From a virus, in the UHGV virus genome UHGV-1792943: a stretch of 29,897 bases of DNA; one strand, 5' to 3'. This document shows positions 18,301 to 27,146 of this stretch, in pieces. How positions within the stretch are numbered: the first letter of the stretch is position 1; each line of letters opens with the position of its first letter. Under the pieces are notes generated by a model that saw only the letters and a program-made list of their open reading frames with translations, had not been told where the DNA came from and did no database searches. The position numbers and the translations under genes are program-made.

Positions 18301-21300
18301 CATGACAAAAGAACAATTCGCGTCTATCCCGCTACGAGAAAAAACCATCGAGGAGAACTCACAGCAAGCTGTCTTTAATGCTGTGGAAATGGGGCGTCTT
18401 GACCTGGCGTCTGGTAAACATCGTGATGCGCAGAAGAAGAACAAGATTAAGGATCAGGCCGCGAATACCGGTACAACGAAGAAGCAGAATATCCCGTACT
18501 TTGAGGATATGAACTTCGATAGCGTGATTGCCGACGAGGGGCATAACTACCGCAACTCCTTTAATGCCGGGCGTGAAGCGGGACAACTGGCATATTTGCC
18601 TAACCCGGCAGTATCCAAGATGGCCCGCGACATGGCTGTAAAAGCTGCGTACATGATGAAACGCAACAACGGGCGTGGTGTAGTCATGCTGACGGCAACA
18701 CCGCTGGTGAACAGTCCGATTGATGCCTTCAACATGCTGTCTACAGTCATTCCGCAGGAAGAGTGGATGCGCATGGGCATCATTACGCCTGATGATTTCG
18801 TTCGTGTGTTTGGTAAAACAGCCACAGTTCAGGTCCAGAAAATTTCCGGGGAAGTGGAAGAGAAGCAGGGGCTGGTTGGCTTCCAGAACCTTGATGGCCT
18901 GCGTGGTATTTTCCATCGCTGGACTACTCTGAAGACTGCTGCGGACGTCGGGGCGACGGTTAAAATCCCTGATATTGTCGAGAATACCTTGCAGATCCCG
19001 ATGACAGGGGAGCAGGAGGCTGCTTATGAAGAGCTTCGTAAGCGTGCACAGGAGTTAAGTAGTAAAGATGCGCTGACGGTTGATGAAAACGGGCATATCA
19101 CAAACGAAAAACCGGATGATTTCATCTTCTCCATCATCCGCGACATGGATAAGGTTGCTATAGATCCGGATCTGTATGCCAGTGCGATTACATTCCAGTT
19201 CCCCGTTGAGCTTGCAGACAAGGTAAAAGCTATTGCTGATGCCCTGCCAAAAGTAGCTGGCGGTAAAGTGGCAGATGATGCAGACGAGGCCGAAGAAGAC
19301 GGCGCTGGTGGGCTGGTTAGTACGCGCACCAGTAAGGTAGTGAAGACCACCTTTAGTGAACATCCGGCGCATGTTGAAATACGTGCCAGCATTGAACTGG
19401 AAGCTGAAATACTGAAGGCCATTGCTGCCGCCGGGATTGATATGCAGCAGGTATCACACCCAATCCCGCCGAAGTATGCCGCGCTGATCGAAAACCTTCG
19501 TGAAGGTCTGAAGAACGGTAAACAAATTGTCTTCATTGATGAAAAAGCCCAGCACCAGAAGCTGCGCCGTATTATCGCCAGTGCACTGCAAATGCCGGAG
19601 CAAGAGATAGGCATTATCAATGCGACGACCGTTAGCCAGGCTGGCGGCATCAAGCTGAAGAAGGTGAATAAGCCGACTGAACCTACTCCGAATAAAAACG
19701 GTGAATACAAAGAAGGGGCATGGGAAACCTACTACAGCAAACTTGCCCAATATGAGGATTATCTCTCAGCTAAAAATGATGCTGGCCTTGAGGGTATGGA
19801 AGGCATTGCCGCCGACTATAACGAAGGGCGCACGCGCATAATTATCTGTAACAAGAAGGCTGAAGTAGGTATTAACCTGCATATCGGGACAACCGATATC
19901 CACCACCTGACACTACCCTGGACACCAGCCAGTATCGACCAACGAAATGGGCGCGGTGCGCGCGTAGGTTCACCGCAAGAGAAGGTCAATGTTCACTACT
20001 ATTGTGGCAAAGGCACATTCGACGACTTCCGTCTGGATACGCTGAAACGTAAGAAAGACTGGATCAAGATGGTGATGACCTCCGACATGTCAGAGATCGC
20101 CAATGGTGATGCGGATGATGCTGATGAACGCGCCATTATGCTGGCGGCAAACCCGGAAGAACGCCGCGCAATCATGGCTCGCCAGGCGCAAGAGCGTGAA
20201 GAACGTCTGAAACTGAAAGCACAGCGCGAGGCCAACAATGCTCTCGATATCTACCTGAAAGCGGCAAACGCCGCTGGAAAAGATATCGGCATGATGGAGA
20301 CAGAACTGAAAAGCGCGATGGAACAGATAGAGTATTACCAGCGAAATCTTGACGACCTGATAAAAGCAGGTACGAACAGGAATGGGCAAAAATTCGCGCT
20401 TGAGCAGTTGAGTAGCTACAGAAAACGTGCGCGGGTGCTGCGGTTTGCGATCACCAGGGCAAAAGACGCGGATACCATAATGAAACGCTCTCGTGGTGAT
20501 GTGGAGCGCGCTATTAAGTCTGGTGTGCTGGATATCAGTATCGATGTTATTCAGAACCCACAGGAATATATGCGCACTGACAAGAATATCCTGTTGCATA
20601 AAGGTAGTTATTACCGTGCAGTCATTGATGATCGCGAAACAACAGCGATTGTCCGGGTGGAAAAAATTGACGGTGAAAAAGCACAATACCTCTGCCGTAT
20701 CGCCTGGCTGGATAGAGCAAGTCGTTACGCTCGATCACCGGGGTCAATCGTTACATTGCCGTTTGACTCTGTGATTGAAGCGGTAACTTTTGAAGAGGGG
20801 GTAGCTGAATCGCGCGCAACGGCTGCGCGTGGTGTTCAGTGCCACCAGCTATCAACAATACTTACTCGCGATCAGTTCTATGATGCTATTCGCAATGGGG
20901 TAATGAATGTTATTGCTGGTAAACCTGGTAATGCATGGGGCGGTGGGTCAGCTATTAAATACTGGGCATATCGCACAGATGATGGTCAGATCGCGCTGTC
21001 ATCGGCCTATGATGGCGTGATAGGCCAAAAAATCGGGCGAGCATCGGATATAGCACCTGAACGATGGATATATCCAGATGGCAACGATGAGGCGCTGAAG
21101 CGTGAAGTGGCAAAAATACAAGCCAGTGATAACCCGCTGAATATCGTGGACGGCGAGGGATTCCTCCAGGCATTGTATGGGTATGATTACATCCAGGGAA
21201 TGCAGGCATGGGGCGCACAGGCAACGATGGATGATGTTGTCCAGGAGTTCGAAAACTGGATGGCTGGGCGTGGTCTGTCAGGTCGTTCGCTTAATAAAGT

Positions 21301-22246
21301 CACTTCTGAAGATATTCTTAGCTTGTTCCGCAAACCGTCCGGAGAAGGTCTGGAATCATTCTGGAGGACCGTGCTGGCATACCGTTTATTCAAGGGCAGA
21401 ATGAAAGCCTTTAGCAATATCGATGATATTGAACGGATGTTTAATCAGGTCAAGATCGCCAAAATTAAGACGAAGATCGAAAAAACACGTTCTGCGCTGG
21501 TGGCCTGGCGCGATGCATTGTTTGAGCAATATAAATCACTCAGTGATGCAGATGGATGGGCGGCATTGGAACAGTTGGCGAATAATGGGGTAGATGGAGC
21601 GAAACTCGCCATAGTCCAGGCTGATAACCCCCTGGAATCACCGGCAGCACAGTGGATTAAGGTGGGGGCTGTCATCAATGCATTTGATGAAAAACACATT
21701 AGTAAGGACGATTTTGCTGATGCTGTTTCTGTTAATCGCCTGGTAGAAATGGCTACCCGCCGCGCCCGTGAGTTGAAAGACGGTGACTATGTGAATGAGT
21801 TGCCGGATGCGCTCAAATCAGCAACGTGGCAAGACTATGTATCGCTGAAAAACGGCGGGGCCACCGAATCAGAGATCGCGGAAAGGCTTGAACAGGCTGA
21901 AAGCAAAAGAGAAGAGCAGGCGGCAGTGGCTGAAGCCAGAGCTGATGAAGCGGCGAATGATGACTATATCATTGTGGTTAATGATAAGCCGATTCGCGCT
22001 AAGGCGCGTGTTCGCGGGCGCTGGTGGAGTGTCAGCGAGGACGTCGGTGCGGTTTATCTCATTGCCGACCAACCTGGTTCCTCGACAATACGGAACGCCA
22101 AAGACGCGATTAAGAAGATTGGCGGGCGTTTCTGGAATTTTGAAGCAAACCCGGTTGCTGATGTGAACTTTGACCGTCCTGCATGGATGGTATCTACGCG
22201 TTACTCGGTAGATGAACTGCGTAAAATAATCGCCGATGCGGCCTAA
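15395..22246 (+). CDS. darB: giant N6-adenine methyltransferase plus SF2 helicase protein, DarB-like (2283 aa)
   Basis: MTase motifs YYTP, EPSAGTG (nt 15776-15796) and GNVPFG (nt 15956-15973). Helicase motifs: Walker A GTGLGKTT (from nt 17939), DEGH (nt 18533-18544), TATP, QRNGRGAR. TTG start is uncertain. Architecture and size match phage P1 DarB as recalled. Confidence 0.7.
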   Translation: MRGLPLDKIIDSISQATSIGALIEIVSRLHKPRAVVTFGVKKVDGVSIQKTRRAANNAAVNLLNSLPPGFDGAKLTDEQRQILAGYTGEGGLTDGEGSQYEYYTPQFMAEGIWDLFGDYGIDSGHVLEPSAGTGIFQETKRQGMIMTSAELSPISGRINQLLHPEDDVNIGAFEALAAKDAMYDHAVGNVPFGEGRSGVAGLDPAYANEKNVGNYFVLRTIDKVKPGGLIVLVVPNGMTDGTKYKKLRDKVSRKAEFLGAHRMPSGTFSESGTDTVVDVWVLRKHPETFLEMIPDTDDATLKSANVLWDTFLKGKWFTTEGKRFVYGDMERTSFRNTLVVKKDGRVSNESMKTALSRRFESRINWDLLGVTTQAWQGAKVGDKRLVGGIWHEFDGLKWVKDTTTKSSALDVSRYGVSTFGDLQIAFQSTNGILALSWDQISAIASDYPSVVSDEVAAMIRFAGKQREKDRERVMRGALIGQLINKALDLRNLGVNVDDKLADASRLAAAEVAKYGPPHAIKLNGLAEAGAKNWMTFTGNVKQDGSTSDLLAGRLDVTDGAAGIDFTRPEQVIAHLFSDVALNPITLGDFREAFAGELPEDDDAALEYLAKFDDIAIDGYGCLLPMDRATSGDIVTKTALLVGWRDASTGEQKANFERQLAKIEEKRIFTPLNKVTVNLNARWLDRRLIKEFLAEQGYDEFKYTEPDLKIVDGILVSPDDYEGKDGVFTGYQLRTVNGKNGNEFKKANNKDGFLNQLENYLNGVKPRGQNANEYLDKIAQLEVSFNDWLRTHPQADQIARDYNDAFNGFIPFTHSNAPLGLEGISGKRIPLTYQNEEVRRLSEDGRGIMGFGTGLGKTTTALALEAYNFETGRTKRTCIVVPKAVYQNWYHEAQSFYSADAFANMMFIGLDEVRDDSGNILTAPVLDENGEPRLDSNGQPLTRNVVKESASAVIVQRMNMIPSSNWRTVIMTKEQFASIPLREKTIEENSQQAVFNAVEMGRLDLASGKHRDAQKKNKIKDQAANTGTTKKQNIPYFEDMNFDSVIADEGHNYRNSFNAGREAGQLAYLPNPAVSKMARDMAVKAAYMMKRNNGRGVVMLTATPLVNSPIDAFNMLSTVIPQEEWMRMGIITPDDFVRVFGKTATVQVQKISGEVEEKQGLVGFQNLDGLRGIFHRWTTLKTAADVGATVKIPDIVENTLQIPMTGEQEAAYEELRKRAQELSSKDALTVDENGHITNEKPDDFIFSIIRDMDKVAIDPDLYASAITFQFPVELADKVKAIADALPKVAGGKVADDADEAEEDGAGGLVSTRTSKVVKTTFSEHPAHVEIRASIELEAEILKAIAAAGIDMQQVSHPIPPKYAALIENLREGLKNGKQIVFIDEKAQHQKLRRIIASALQMPEQEIGIINATTVSQAGGIKLKKVNKPTEPTPNKNGEYKEGAWETYYSKLAQYEDYLSAKNDAGLEGMEGIAADYNEGRTRIIICNKKAEVGINLHIGTTDIHHLTLPWTPASIDQRNGRGARVGSPQEKVNVHYYCGKGTFDDFRLDTLKRKKDWIKMVMTSDMSEIANGDADDADERAIMLAANPEERRAIMARQAQEREERLKLKAQREANNALDIYLKAANAAGKDIGMMETELKSAMEQIEYYQRNLDDLIKAGTNRNGQKFALEQLSSYRKRARVLRFAITRAKDADTIMKRSRGDVERAIKSGVLDISIDVIQNPQEYMRTDKNILLHKGSYYRAVIDDRETTAIVRVEKIDGEKAQYLCRIAWLDRASRYARSPGSIVTLPFDSVIEAVTFEEGVAESRATAARGVQCHQLSTILTRDQFYDAIRNGVMNVIAGKPGNAWGGGSAIKYWAYRTDDGQIALSSAYDGVIGQKIGRASDIAPERWIYPDGNDEALKREVAKIQASDNPLNIVDGEGFLQALYGYDYIQGMQAWGAQATMDDVVQEFENWMAGRGLSGRSLNKVTSEDILSLFRKPSGEGLESFWRTVLAYRLFKGRMKAFSNIDDIERMFNQVKIAKIKTKIEKTRSALVAWRDALFEQYKSLSDADGWAALEQLANNGVDGAKLAIVQADNPLESPAAQWIKVGAVINAFDEKHISKDDFADAVSVNRLVEMATRRARELKDGDYVNELPDALKSATWQDYVSLKNGGATESEIAERLEQAESKREEQAAVAEARADEAANDDYIIVVNDKPIRAKARVRGRWWSVSEDVGAVYLIADQPGSSTIRNAKDAIKKIGGRFWNFEANPVADVNFDRPAWMVSTRYSVDELRKIIADAA

Positions 22247-22282
22247 CAGATAAGGAGCGGCCCCAACCGGGGCCGAATTTGA

Positions 22283-22717
22283 ATGACGACATTAATTGAC
22301 ACTGTAAAACCGACGGAATCCTACCTTGAGGACATTTTGCCGCAGGCGCTCAATGGCAGGAGTGAAGAGGCGTTTCTGGATGCATATCTGGATGGCATGG
22401 CGGAAAGGCTGAAAAGAGATCCACAGCTTTATCATCTTTATGGGCCGTGGTGGCCTGCGCTTAAAACGTTATTGCTGGAGCGTGGCGACATATCATTTGG
22501 ACAAGTTGTAGATAGTGATGTGGCAGAAATCTACAAAATGAGTCGCCCGGCGCTTACGGTTTTAGCCGGGCATCTGTATTCGAGCGATCGCCTGGAAAAT
22601 GACGCGGTATACAATCCCGTTCATGCTCTGGAAGTCGCGCCTTATGCTGATGATACAGAGCCATACGTATACACAAGTTACGACGAGTCTATAGAGAAAT
22701 ATCGAATCGTGGGGTAG
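22283..22717 (+). CDS. hypothetical protein (144 aa)
   Basis: ORF directly after the giant gene; no motif recognised. Confidence 0.45.
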   Translation: MTTLIDTVKPTESYLEDILPQALNGRSEEAFLDAYLDGMAERLKRDPQLYHLYGPWWPALKTLLLERGDISFGQVVDSDVAEIYKMSRPALTVLAGHLYSSDRLENDAVYNPVHALEVAPYADDTEPYVYTSYDESIEKYRIVG

Positions 22718-22719
22718 CC

Positions 22720-22980
22720 ATGCGGAAGAATCGTAGGTTTACGATCGACGACTTAAAAGCGTACTCACAAGGGAAGGGATACGCCCTTGAATACCACCGT
22801 TATAAGCGGGTATTTACCCTGCGGCATATAGAAAACCCTTCGAAATGGGGATGGATTTATTTTCCGCACACTGACGATAAGCTGGTGGGACTTGTTGATG
22901 ATTTATCCTATGAAGGATGGATGATTGCTATCGACAAGGCGGTTACGGAAATTAACGAACCTGATAAAATAAACCATTAA
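22720..22980 (+). CDS. hypothetical protein (86 aa)
   Basis: Starts 3 nt after the upstream stop. Confidence 0.4.
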   Translation: MRKNRRFTIDDLKAYSQGKGYALEYHRYKRVFTLRHIENPSKWGWIYFPHTDDKLVGLVDDLSYEGWMIAIDKAVTEINEPDKINH

Positions 22981-23156
22981 AAATAACAAGTTGGGTAAAT
23001 GACATACAATTTACCCGGCTTGTTGACCCGCATCACCATTTACTCTAAAAACAAGTCCGACCTGTTGCATCCGCCTATCTCTTCAGTAGTATTCCCCTCG
23101 GTTTTGATAAAACTAACGCTCTTGTTATTATCGTGTTCATGATTTCAGGAAGTTTG

Positions 23157-23165
23157 TGTTAGAAA
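23157..23165. promoter_or_regulatory. operator-like site (TGTTAGAAA)
   Basis: Immediately upstream of the 23170 start codon. Confidence 0.4.
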
Positions 23166-23169
23166 TTTG

Positions 23170-23613
23170 ATGCGAAGACGCAGGCATCATAGTGCGTATT
23201 CTGAAATATCCCCGCACGCTGCTGCACTGAGAGAGTTAGAAAGAAATCCTGACTTATTAAAACGGAATTACGAACATTACGAACAGGTTCGCGTTCTGGA
23301 TTGGCTGTATCGCAACATGCGATACGTGTATGAGCACACACACTCAACACCGAACGGCGGCCTGAGAGGCAAAAGGACAGCCATTAAGATGGTGGCAGAA
23401 GGTCAGAAGAAGGGCTATCCGGACCTTTCTATTGACCTTGCTCGTGGTGGGTATCACGGAATGCGCATTGAGATGAAGCACGGGAGAAACCGTCTGACTC
23501 CCGAACAGCTCGTCTGGATGACTCGCCTCACGGAAGCAGGCTATTACTGCTTTGAGGCGCGCAGTGCCGATGAAGCCATAAAAGCTATCACGGAATATGT
23601 AAATCTTGATTAA
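23170..23613 (+). CDS. VRR-NUC domain nuclease
   Basis: GYPDLSIDL ... IEMK ... LTPEQLVW pattern of a PD-(D/E)xK VRR-NUC fold. Confidence 0.6.
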   Translation: MRRRRHHSAYSEISPHAAALRELERNPDLLKRNYEHYEQVRVLDWLYRNMRYVYEHTHSTPNGGLRGKRTAIKMVAEGQKKGYPDLSIDLARGGYHGMRIEMKHGRNRLTPEQLVWMTRLTEAGYYCFEARSADEAIKAITEYVNLD

Positions 23614-23627
23614 ACGGAGAAATCGTT

Positions 23628-23828
23628 TTGCGTTTACTTAACGTGGCTGAACTTATCCCTGCCGGTGCTAACGTTGTTGCTCGTCGCTGCTCATGGCCTC
23701 ATTCTTTCTGTATAGAGCTTAAAAAGATGGATGATGGGGCATTAGAAGCCCGAAACATAGTTACCGGCGACAAGGTATGCATTACCCCGGAAAGCGCGAA
23801 AGCCAATGATTGGGAGTTTGTTCATTGA
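23628..23828 (+). CDS. small DUF2829 (Tad2)-like protein, 66 aa
   Basis: TTG start with SD GGAGA; VARRCSW and C-terminal ANDWEFV motifs shared with 13893-14090 and the C-terminus of 28603-29178. Confidence 0.4.
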   Translation: MRLLNVAELIPAGANVVARRCSWPHSFCIELKKMDDGALEARNIVTGDKVCITPESAKANDWEFVH

Positions 23829-23890
23829 GCAGAAAACACCACGTAAATCTGACGTTTGCTGATGACGCCGGAAGAACCAGAAGCATAACC

Positions 23891-24136
23891 ATGAAAGTTG
23901 CTTCCAGGAAAGTAACCGCGCCACTTATACGAGAGGCCGTAAGTGAACTTGATATGAGTGAGAATGCAGCTCTGTTATCGGTAAGCTGGCTGGGGAAAAT
24001 GACGGATCAGGAATACTCGGATGGTATACCCCACGGTGAGCGGCAGATAGTAAAGCGCGCGTTTAGAATTTCAGAGGTAGTTGTCGTACTGATAGCTTTG
24101 ATTTATATGGCATACATGCTACTCCAACACGTCTAA
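23891..24136 (+). CDS. small C-terminally membrane-anchored protein
   Basis: C-terminal hydrophobic helix VVVVLIALIYMAYMLL; start uncertain (track ORF begins at 23810). Confidence 0.35.
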   Translation: MKVASRKVTAPLIREAVSELDMSENAALLSVSWLGKMTDQEYSDGIPHGERQIVKRAFRISEVVVVLIALIYMAYMLLQHV

Positions 24137-24144
24137 ACGGTCAT

Positions 24145-24169
24145 AAACCCGCCAGTTGGCGGGTTTTTT
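24145..24169 (+). terminator. rho-independent terminator
   Basis: aacccgcc-agtt-ggcgggtt followed by TTTTTTG. Confidence 0.8.
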
Positions 24170-24211
24170 GTTGCCTGAGTCTTTTTATTGAAATTGCATA
24201 CTAATAAAATA

Positions 24212-24221
24212 TGTTAGAAAA
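24212..24221. promoter_or_regulatory. operator-like site (TGTTAGAAAA) within a promoter-like region
   Basis: TTGAAA, 16 nt, TATGTT arrangement overlaps the site; 25 nt upstream of the ATG at 24246. Confidence 0.45.
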
Positions 24222-24245
24222 CTAATTTCAAGAAAGGGAACAAAC

Positions 24246-25454
24246 ATGAGTCAGCAAGTAGAATCATCAAGCCTGGAGATCATCTCAACCGCAATTGAAA
24301 CGCTGCGGACACAAATCGCGCTTATACAGAAACGAAATCCGGGCGATGACCTGTCAAAGCGACTGCATGAGAGCGTCATTGCCACTACAGATAACCTGGT
24401 GGCGGAAATCAACCAGCTCCTTGATGATGGGGCAGTTGATTACAATAAGCTGGTGGATCAGTTTGAGGAATATCAGCAAGCCGTTAATGATGGCTTGATC
24501 CGTTTTTCTCAAGTCACTGGTGTATCAGCGACAGTTGAAAGCCTGGGGGATGCAGTTAATCAATTTGCCGCGAATATGCGTAATGAGATCGGCAATCTGG
24601 AGGCGCGTCTTGAGCAGGCAAATACACTGCGCAAATCTGCTGAAGTCGATTTGAGTCGTTACAAAAAAGACTATCCGCCAAGCCTGACAAAACGACTGGA
24701 TGTTGCGGAGAAAGATAACCGCACGCTGAAAAGAGAGCGTCGGGAACTAAAAGAGCGTTTAACCAAGCTAAATCAGCAATGCGTTGAGTATCAAGGCGAA
24801 CTCGTCACACTGCGTAAAAAGTTAGCAGCGGCGCAGAGCATTATTGAAACATTGAAACGAGAGTGCTCAGAGCTTGGTCATGATCTGAATCGCGCCTGTG
24901 GCATGGGGCAAAGGCCAGAGACATTCCCGCTAATGTATGACGGAAGAGAAGCTATTGCCTATATCCATGAGTTTCCGCATGGTCTGGTCGCGGAGACTGG
25001 GCAACGTGGCGAAGCGTTGCTGACGGCAAATTACCATCAGCAAATCAGAACCAGCCGCCTGCTGACGATGGATGTGATCCCGTCAGTATGGGGAACGCCG
25101 CTTTACTACCGAATTCCTGGCTTCGAAACTGACTGGAATACCGACATAGACGAATGTCTGGCAGATAAAATTATGGCGTACCTTGAAACGGATTTTCCAC
25201 GCTTGCATCGCCGGATTATGGACTCTAAGGATGCACCGATCGACGAATTGAAAATGCGTCCAGAGACGTTGGAGGCAATCAAGCAGACTGAGTTTGATAC
25301 AGTGTTCAGTGTGGCCTGCATTCCAAGCAGCTTTCATGAAAGCATTCCGTTCATGCAGGGCGATCGCCGTCAGGAAATAATTGATGCTTGCCGGGTATGG
25401 GCGAACGAGTGGGATAAGAAGAACGGTGGAGTTGAAAATCTTTACGGGAAATAA
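24246..25454 (+). CDS. hypothetical protein with N-terminal coiled coil (402 aa)
   Basis: Long ORF bracketed by a terminator and operator-like sites on both sides. Confidence 0.6.
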   Translation: MSQQVESSSLEIISTAIETLRTQIALIQKRNPGDDLSKRLHESVIATTDNLVAEINQLLDDGAVDYNKLVDQFEEYQQAVNDGLIRFSQVTGVSATVESLGDAVNQFAANMRNEIGNLEARLEQANTLRKSAEVDLSRYKKDYPPSLTKRLDVAEKDNRTLKRERRELKERLTKLNQQCVEYQGELVTLRKKLAAAQSIIETLKRECSELGHDLNRACGMGQRPETFPLMYDGREAIAYIHEFPHGLVAETGQRGEALLTANYHQQIRTSRLLTMDVIPSVWGTPLYYRIPGFETDWNTDIDECLADKIMAYLETDFPRLHRRIMDSKDAPIDELKMRPETLEAIKQTEFDTVFSVACIPSSFHESIPFMQGDRRQEIIDACRVWANEWDKKNGGVENLYGK

Positions 25455-25456
25455 TG

Positions 25457-25485
25457 TGTTAGAAAATTAAAATTGTTTTTCTAAC
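25457..25485. promoter_or_regulatory. operator-like perfect inverted repeat (TGTTAGAAAA, 9 nt, TTTTCTAACA)
   Basis: Read directly; the best palindromic copy of the motif family. Confidence 0.5.
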
Positions 25486-25607
25486 ATATTGATTATGTAG
25501 TTAACTTAACATAGAATTTTTCGTGCTGGTGGGGAGCTTCCCATGTCGCTTGCGGGTTTGATAGTCACTTCATTGTCTTTCCCCACCAGCATCAAACAAT
25601 TTTAAGT

Positions 25608-25617
25608 GTTAGAAAGT
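25608..25617. promoter_or_regulatory. operator-like site (TGTTAGAAAG)
   Basis: Member of the same family. Confidence 0.35.
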
Positions 25618-25827
25618 AAATTTTAAGGTAAGGGAAAGCTCCGGCACCGTGCAAATACATGCCCGGCAGGTTTAGTGCGTAAAGTGGTTTCAGCGAGAGC
25701 ATTTTACGGAGTAAACGACAGTGACTTGAGCCACGGAAGGTCTTTTTATGGTGTTCATTGATGATGATCTGGCAGTGAGTATGTTAAGTGGGCCAGGCTG
25801 CATCGGGTCATCATCAGTGCACATCCT

Positions 25828-25906
25828 CAACGTTAAGGAGGCGCAGAGTTGGGTTTTCCTCTTATTTTGCTGACTCTGAGTCTCCTTAACGTTGCGGTAA
25901 TGCACC
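25828..25906 (+). repeat. hairpin family member H1 (arms CAACGTTAAGGAG / CTCCTTAACGTTG, tail GCGGTAATGCACC)
   Basis: Inverted arms with the conserved 3' tail shared with H3-H6. Confidence 0.5.
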
Positions 25907-26313
25907 TATGCGGATGTGGCCTTGCATTGTGTCTTGAAAGAATGGGGTAAGGCCGGGGATATTCCCAGGGGGAGGCACCCCCGCTGCAACGAACAGCCAT
26001 AGACGGCAGTCGAGTGATGAAAACGTGAAAAGACTTTAAACCTCGTTACGGCTGGCGTGGCAAACGCGACAACCGGGATAGGACGGTGACGGGCGGAGAG
26101 AGAGCCGCTTCAAGATAAAAGCCGACTATGGATTCCTTTCTGCGGGCCTTTGAAAGTGAATCTTGCTCAGGCAGTCGGCTTTTATGTTGATACGTAGCGA
26201 TAACCGCGACAGGCGCGGCGGTAAGTATGGCGGGGTTATTCCTTCCCCGTTGAGGACACCGAGTTGCCAGGTTGACCATACGCCTAAGTGGCAATACCGC
26301 GAGTGGGATATTT

Positions 26314-26339
26314 GCCCACCTTCGGGTGGGTGTTTTTTC
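26314..26339 (+). terminator. rho-independent terminator
   Basis: cccacc-ttcg-ggtggg followed by TGTTTTTTC. Confidence 0.75.
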
Positions 26340-26522
26340 AGTGTTTTCGTCATGGTTAGCGACTTTGCGGCGGTTTAGAACCCGACCATTAAAGTAAATG
26401 CAAACGATGATCTGATGATGGTAGCGGCCTAAGAAGCCTGACGCCACGGGGTATGAGTCGTCCCCCGTCAAAAAATCGACCGCAGAGTGTCCCCGTCTGT
26501 GTATTAGGGAACGGGGAGGCAT

Positions 26523-26599
26523 AACAGGCAAGGGCGCTGGTGTGATTAACCAGATGAATGAGAAGGGTCAGGTCTTTCTGGTCAGCGCCCTTACCTGTT
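26523..26599 (+). repeat. hairpin family member H2 (arms AACAGGCAAGGGCGCTG / CAGCGCCCTTACCTGTT)
   Basis: 17-bp near-perfect stem; arm sequence related to H3. Confidence 0.45.
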
Positions 26600-26799
26600 A
26601 CGTCCCTCCCGCGTAACAGCCATTGGTTAATGGCTTTCTGGGATAATGTCTTGTAACGGGTATATCCCGTCATGCTGAAGGCGCTAATCACGCTGGAAGC
26701 CAGGGTTATGCATCCCCTGTTACCGAATTGCAGCCAGGGCGCGGTGCGCCGAAAAGCATACGGAGGTGGAAGCCCTCGCCGGAGACGTACCCGGCAAGT

Positions 26800-26876
26800 G
26801 ATGGTGTAGCTCAGTAGGATAGAGCAGCAGCCTTCTAAGCTGTCGGTCGGTGGTTCGAATCCACCCACCATCGCCA
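26800..26876 (+). tRNA. tRNA-Arg (anticodon TCT)
   Basis: Full cloverleaf folded by hand: acceptor gatggtg / caccatc, anticodon loop cttctaa, T-loop ttcgaat, encoded CCA. Confidence 0.8.
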
Positions 26877-26882
26877 ATTTAG

Positions 26883-26968
26883 GGGAGTTAGTCCGTAGGG
26901 GTAGCGGGGTAGACTGTAAATCTACTGTCATTGCGACTCGGATGGTTCGACTCCATCACTCCCCACCA
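26883..26968 (+). tRNA. tRNA-Tyr-like (anticodon GTA), long variable arm, slightly irregular D-arm
   Basis: Acceptor ggggagt / actcccc, anticodon stem gtaga / tctac with loop ctgtaaa, 15-nt variable arm, T-loop ttcgact, CCA. Confidence 0.5.
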
Positions 26969-26972
26969 AATT

Positions 26973-27048
26973 GCCGGTTTAGCTCAGTTGGTAGAGCGCC
27001 TGCCTTGTAAGCAGGATGTCAGCGGTTCGAGTCCGTTAACCGGCACCA
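26973..27048 (+). tRNA. tRNA-Thr (anticodon TGT)
   Basis: Acceptor gccggtt / aaccggc, anticodon loop cttgtaa, T-loop ttcgagt, CCA. Confidence 0.8.
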
Positions 27049-27050
27049 AC

Positions 27051-27146
27051 ACAACAGGTAAGGGTATTTTGCGACGTCGGAGATCGCCGAGCTTGGCAGA
27101 GGGTTCGAATCCCTACGAAGTACCCTTACCGTTGTGATGAATGCAC
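27051..27146 (+). repeat. hairpin family member H3, with an internal T-arm-like minihelix
   Basis: Arms ACAACAGGTAAGGGTA / TACCCTTACCGTTGTG, tail ATGAATGCAC; begins 3 nt after tRNA-Thr. Confidence 0.55.

Noticed and set aside
16700-20700. Multiple 100-230-aa minus-strand ORFs inside the DarB-like gene (for example 16732-17301, 18359-18916, 19024-19710, 20090-20686)
   Set aside because: Antisense ORFs inside a long gene with clear conserved motifs; Ser/Arg/Cys-rich translations typical of non-coding frames.
22247-22282. Hairpin ggcccc-aacc-ggggcc after the DarB-like gene as a terminator
   Set aside because: No U-tract follows; more likely a stabilising stem or weak attenuator between coupled genes.
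22990-23025. Hairpin gggtaaat ... atttaccc after the 22720-22980 gene as a terminator
   Set aside because: AT-rich stem without a following U-tract; not convincing as an intrinsic terminator.
25748-25873. 41-aa ORF with a reasonable SD (GGAAGG)
   Set aside because: Its 3' half overlaps hairpin H1 and the peptide has no distinctive character; kept only as a possibility.
26163-26378. 71-aa plus-strand ORF in the RNA-dense locus
   Set aside because: Arg-rich, low-complexity translation that runs through a strong intrinsic terminator and over structured RNA; more likely non-coding.
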